DNA of 37,163 nucleotides from a virus: UHGV virus genome UHGV-0392283; one strand, 5' to 3'. Shown piece by piece: positions 33,222 to 37,163 of this stretch (position 1 is its first letter; each line of letters starts with the position of its first letter). The notes under the pieces were generated by a model. It saw only the letters and a program-made list of their open reading frames with translations, ran no database searches and was not told where the DNA came from. The position numbers and the translations under genes were made by a program.

Positions 33222-33524
33222 TTAGCTAAGAAACCACTCATTACAAACATATTCTTCCTCAAAATCGTCATACACTTCTTGTCTTACGAAATACTCATTA
33301 TTTACTTTTAGTACCATTATGTACTCATCATCTGTCTCTAATTCTTCTTTAGTTGCATCTAACAATCCTTTAAGCTCTTGTCCAGTCACTTTGCTAACTA
33401 AATTGCAAACACAATTATCTAACATAGTTCTTTCTAAGTTCAATTCTATATTCTTTATCTTGCTGAAGAACTCCTTTGGATCTATATACATTCCATCACA
33501 AATTTTAAAATTTAAATCAATCAT
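33222..33524 (-). CDS. Hypothetical acidic protein
   Basis: 100 aa. No recognisable domain. Confidence 0.4.
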   Translation of the reverse strand: MIDLNFKICDGMYIDPKEFFSKIKNIELNLERTMLDNCVCNLVSKVTGQELKGLLDATKEELETDDEYIMVLKVNNEYFVRQEVYDDFEEEYVCNEWFLS

Positions 33525-33564
33525 TTTTTCTCTCCCTTTTACTTATTTAAAACCTTACCTAAAA

Positions 33565-34161
33565 TTACATATTATTTATTTTAGCTATTATTAAATTTAA
33601 TCTGTCTGAAAAACTATTATCTAACCAGCATTCAAATTTTATTTCTTTTAGATTAGGTAAATAATCTTTAATATATTCCCTACTTACATTTATGCCTAAT
33701 ATATTACTAATTAAAACAAGTTCATCTTCTGTAAGTGGCATATAGCTGTTTACTATAAACTTTAATTTATCTTCTAAAACCTTTAAGGCTATTTTATTAG
33801 TTTCTGTTTTTAATATAAATTTTTTAGGTATTTCTTCCATATCCTTATGTTTGTTAATTGCTTTTTCTATCTTTTCTGATAATTGTAATATTTCTGCCTT
33901 TACTTCTAAAATTTCTGGTAAACTTAATATATTTTGTACCTTAGCTATTACTAAACTTATCATCTCTGTAAAGTCTGGATTAATTTCTCCTAAAGTATGA
34001 TCTTTTAATGTCAATAATAAATCCATTGATGTATTATTAGTTATTCTTGCAACACCAGTAATGTCCTTTATTAAATCTACTTCTTTCATTGTTAAAGCTT
34101 TTTTACTTTCTTCTAAGAAATTTTCCTTTCTTAATAAGAAACTTAATCTTTCTGTTTTCAT
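33565..34161 (-). CDS. Hypothetical protein. Its N-terminal domain is paralogous to the 31611..31898 product and it carries an extra ~110-aa C-terminal domain.
   Basis: See the alignment above. RBS AAGGGAGAAG. Confidence 0.45.
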   Translation of the reverse strand: MKTERLSFLLRKENFLEESKKALTMKEVDLIKDITGVARITNNTSMDLLLTLKDHTLGEINPDFTEMISLVIAKVQNILSLPEILEVKAEILQLSEKIEKAINKHKDMEEIPKKFILKTETNKIALKVLEDKLKFIVNSYMPLTEDELVLISNILGINVSREYIKDYLPNLKEIKFECWLDNSFSDRLNLIIAKINNM

Positions 34162-34177
34162 AAATATCTTCTCCCTT

Positions 34178-34300
34178 TTACTTATTTAAAATCTTATATA
34201 GCTTCATACTTTCGCTTACTTGTGATAAGCTAAGTTTCTCAATACTTATACCTTGCTCTCTTAATTCTTCAATGAATTTCTTGAAGGTTTTTATACTCAC
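34178..34300 (-). CDS. Small ORF (40 aa, GTG start) immediately upstream of 33565..34161
   Basis: GAGAGGTG RBS 6 nt before the GTG. VSIKTFKKFIEELREQGISIEKLSLSQVSESMKLYKILNK*. Its stop lies 17 nt before the next gene's start. Confidence 0.25.
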   Translation of the reverse strand: MSIKTFKKFIEELREQGISIEKLSLSQVSESMKLYKILNK

Positions 34301-34495
34301 AATTTTCACCTCTCATAATATTTAATTGTAGATATTGAATTAATTTATTATTAACTCGTGTCTACAATTTAATTTTAAACCTATAAATTTAAAATGTCAA
34401 CAACTTTTTAAATCTATTAATTTAATTTTAAATTTAATAGTTTAAAAAACAATCTATTTGACTATTTTTAAATTGAATGTTACAATTTTACTGAG

Positions 34496-34711
34496 GTGAA
34501 TATTATGGGAATAAGAGAAGACATCAAAGCTTATATAATATCCTCTGGGTTTACTATTACCAAATTAGCAGAAGAACTAAATAAACGTAATGGTAGTGAT
34601 TATACTGTACAAAACCTAAGTAATAAAATACGTAAGGAAGCTTTAAAGTACAGTGAAGTATTACAAATAGCTGATATAATTGGTTATAAAATTGAATGGG
34701 TTAAAAAGTAA
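34496..34711 (+). CDS. Cro/XRE-like small HTH DNA-binding protein
   Basis: 71 aa. FTITKLAEELNKRNGSDYTVQNLSNK is an HTH. Divergent from the minus-strand operon across an AT-rich region with TTGTAGA / TCTACAA inverted repeats. RBS GAGGTGA. Confidence 0.5.
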   Translation: MNIMGIREDIKAYIISSGFTITKLAEELNKRNGSDYTVQNLSNKIRKEALKYSEVLQIADIIGYKIEWVKK

Positions 34712-34753
34712 ACCTAAGATAGGATCTAGTCTTATATATAAGGCTAGGTCTTA

Positions 34754-34798
34754 TTTTTTTGCATAAGAAAAAGCTACATAAATAACATGCAGCTCTTC
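34754..34798 (-). terminator. Repeated ~44-bp terminator module, copy 2
   Basis: ~85% identical to 20831-20874. Lies 3' of the 34810..35004 gene. Confidence 0.4.
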
Positions 34799-34809
34799 TT
34801 AAACATATT

Positions 34810-35004
34810 CTATAATTCATTTTTAATCTTTAATAATTCATCTTCACTTAATCCAGTTGAAGAAACTATAATATCCATGTCTACATTAGCTATTAAAAGT
34901 TTTTTAGCGACTTCTAATTTACCTTCTTCTCTTGCACCTTCTAAAGCTGATATTCTATCTTGTATAGACTTTTCTCTCATCCTCTTTCTCTCTTTACTAT
35001 CCAT
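34810..35004 (-). CDS. Small protein resembling the C-terminal (DUF4351-like) module of Rpn/YhgA-family PD-(D/E)XK proteins. Possibly a gene remnant.
   Basis: ISALEGAREEGKLEVAKKLLIANVDMDIIVSSTGLSEDEL resembles the ...EG...G...A..LL..G.S.E.IA..TGLS.EEI C-terminal motif of that family. Confidence 0.3.
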   Translation of the reverse strand: MDSKERKRMREKSIQDRISALEGAREEGKLEVAKKLLIANVDMDIIVSSTGLSEDELLKIKNEL

Positions 35005-35676
35005 GCCAAGTCTCCTTTAAGAATAAATTCTATGTTTAATAATTATAGTATAGTTTTCTCTAAAATAATATATAGTGGAACTATCTAATACCGACAAATG
35101 TCTACGTTGGCATTTTTGCCTTCGTAACTATTTTGACTAATCCATTTTAATGAGTGAAATTATTCAAGACGACATAATGTCGCTTTGAACAACCTAACGC
35201 TCCCTTTGTAAATTCCTTAGAGAAAATTACATCAATAATTGCAATTTGCCCGTTAACTAAGGTATTTAATGTCACTCTGTCGATACGCCAAGCTTGTCTG
35301 ATGTCGGTTAAATCTATATCCAAACTTGTCGACAAATCTAATATCTAAATATAGCTCTAACACGCATTACTTGGTAGCTAAATAGCTCATATTTTTAATC
35401 TTAGAGTAGTTTTTATGAATTATAAGTCTAAGCTAAAATAAAGTGTTCTATGAGCCTTCTATTTAATATGCAAGGGGGCGTGTTTTGAAGTCCCATTTTA
35501 GGACACCATTAAATGTATTCCCATTTTCCTAAGATGCATATTATGCATTATTCAATTTAGGAATTTACTACAATAATAATTGCAACATTATATTATGCTT
35601 TTAGGGTTATATATCTTCCTGTTTTTAGGCATAATAAAAGAGCATACCACCTGGATATACTCTCTATTGGTTGTTA

Positions 35677-36000
35677 TTAAAATCTAAATGCATCTATATC
35701 AAATAAATCATCCAAGTCTTCTTCACTTAGAGCATCTATTCCATTAGATTTTTTTATTATCTTATCATTACTTAAATTCTCTAGTTTCTCTATCCTTATA
35801 GACTGTTCATTTATTATATTTAATAACTTATATATTCTTTTTTTATCTTCAAAGCTTCTTTTAATTAATATAGTAATTATTTTCTTAATTTCATCATGTT
35901 CCTGAACCTGTAAAAAATCTTGAAGAACAGCTTCATCTAACAACATTTCAGAATATGATTCAAAATAATGATCTTTAAATTCTAAACTGCTTTTACTCAT
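35677..36000 (-). CDS. Hypothetical acidic protein
   Basis: 107 aa. Separated by 4 nt from the upstream 36005..36271 gene. Confidence 0.4.
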   Translation of the reverse strand: MSKSSLEFKDHYFESYSEMLLDEAVLQDFLQVQEHDEIKKIITILIKRSFEDKKRIYKLLNIINEQSIRIEKLENLSNDKIIKKSNGIDALSEEDLDDLFDIDAFRF

Positions 36001-36004
36001 AAAC

Positions 36005-36271
36005 CTATCCCCTAGTTCTATAAAATTCTTTATTATTCCTTATTTCTTGCAAATAAATATTTACTTCCTGTCTCTTATTATCTTTATTTAAAATATTATA
36101 AGAATGTCCAATTATCTTATATGGTCTATTTACAAGAGTATCGTCCTCAAAAGAATTGGTTATCACACCACATTGTAATATTAAAGATATTTCTTCATAA
36201 TTTCTTATATCCCATGCAAATGATTCACCTTTTTCATTCCAAAAAACAACCTGTAATAAATGTTCATTCAT
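36005..36271 (-). CDS. Hypothetical protein
   Basis: 88 aa. First gene of a two-gene unit. Confidence 0.4.
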   Translation of the reverse strand: MNEHLLQVVFWNEKGESFAWDIRNYEEISLILQCGVITNSFEDDTLVNRPYKIIGHSYNILNKDNKRQEVNIYLQEIRNNKEFYRTRG

Positions 36272-36456
36272 AATATATACCCCTTTTTATTTCCATATTT
36301 TTACATTTATTATAATATAATTGTCTTATTATGTAAAGTAAATATATATTATTATCTATTTTTTACACAATAAAAGAGCCTAATGACATAGACTCTCTTA
36401 TTGGTTGGTTTATTTAGTTGTTTAATCCTGAAATTATATTCTTCATAATATTTTAA

Positions 36457-37134
36457 CTATTTATTTCTCATTCTTATTAAATCTTCGGCTGATCCATTAG
36501 GCAAATCTTCACCATTTTCTTTTAATATTTTAAATAACATACTATTACAATCGTATTTTTTAGAAGTAAAAAGTAATTCTTTCAAAATATTCTTAATATT
36601 TTTTATTTTAATTAAACGATAATAATTTGCTTTTTCGCTATCTTTTTTCTTTACTTTCCAAATAACATCCCCGTAACTATGAAAATATTGTCTCATTTCA
36701 ACCCCTTTGCTAGAAATAATATTTTCTATCAACTGTAAGCCATACTCTATAGAATATTCATCTATTAATTCAGCTTCTTTTATAATATCATTTTCTTTAA
36801 CTTCCTCATCTAGATAATCATTGTTCTTAGTAAGTTTATTACCATATAAAAGACATAACTCATCATATTTACAGAATAATTTACAATCTTCTTTTCTTTC
36901 TAGTATTAAATAATATCCTAATTCTCTATTATTTCTTTTAAATGAACTTATTTTAATATTTAGATTTGATAATTCCTTATTTAAAGGTACAATTAGTCTT
37001 TTGCAAAACTCCTCATCCCTAAATCTATATAAAGTTCTAGTAGTTATTATTCCATCATCTTCTAAATATTCAACTCCAGTATAATCACCATTTGCTTTTA
37101 GTGAATTAACCATTTTTTTAGTAGGAAATAACAT
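36457..37134 (-). CDS. Hypothetical protein
   Basis: 225 aa. No recognisable domain. Confidence 0.4.
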   Translation of the reverse strand: MLFPTKKMVNSLKANGDYTGVEYLEDDGIITTRTLYRFRDEEFCKRLIVPLNKELSNLNIKISSFKRNNRELGYYLILERKEDCKLFCKYDELCLLYGNKLTKNNDYLDEEVKENDIIKEAELIDEYSIEYGLQLIENIISSKGVEMRQYFHSYGDVIWKVKKKDSEKANYYRLIKIKNIKNILKELLFTSKKYDCNSMLFKILKENGEDLPNGSAEDLIRMRNK

Positions 37135-37163
37135 TGAACCTTTATTCTCTTTAATAAATTTAT

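Noticed and set aside
31753-35020. Plus-strand ORFs 31753..31938, 33319..33594 and 34787..35020
   Set aside because: Each is antisense to a better-supported minus-strand gene and lacks an RBS.
1-37163. tRNA, rRNA and CRISPR arrays
   Set aside because: No cloverleaf-compatible GC-rich ~75-nt segments with T-loop (GTTCGAATC) or D-loop signatures were seen. No regularly spaced repeat-spacer arrays. The GC-rich patch at 21964-22215 was examined for tRNA or tmRNA features and none fit.

Overview
This is an AT-rich (Clostridia-like) window that reads as a candidate phage-plasmid: a plasmid maintenance backbone joined to a siphovirus-type head and tail gene block, followed by a dense accessory region. 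No integrase is present.

Plasmid backbone (1-7.3 kb): a RepA_N-type replication initiator with three 23-bp iterons inside its own coding sequence, two inverted DnaA boxes, a ParM/ParR partition pair with an upstream centromere-like repeat array, and a MobC-like ribbon-helix-helix protein.

Phage structural module (7.4-20.5 kb, all minus strand): HNH endonuclease, small and large terminase, portal, prohead protease, HK97-like capsid, head-tail connectors, major tail protein, tail chaperone and a tape measure protein. The tape measure gene is split by a ~1-kb insertion that carries a free-standing HNH endonuclease and looks like a group I intron. No baseplate, tail fibre or lysis genes follow the tape measure.

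Accessory region (20.5-37 kb): a ToxN/AbiQ-family type III toxin with degenerate upstream repeats, a small serine recombinase, several small operons of unknown function, a GIY-YIG nuclease-domain protein, a 906-aa protein whose motifs resemble the catalytic double-psi beta-barrels of multisubunit RNA polymerase (a YonO-like single-chain RNAP is proposed), an XRE/Cro-type regulator pair, and a likely decayed gene remnant.

All functional calls come from motif recognition by eye and none is search-verified.
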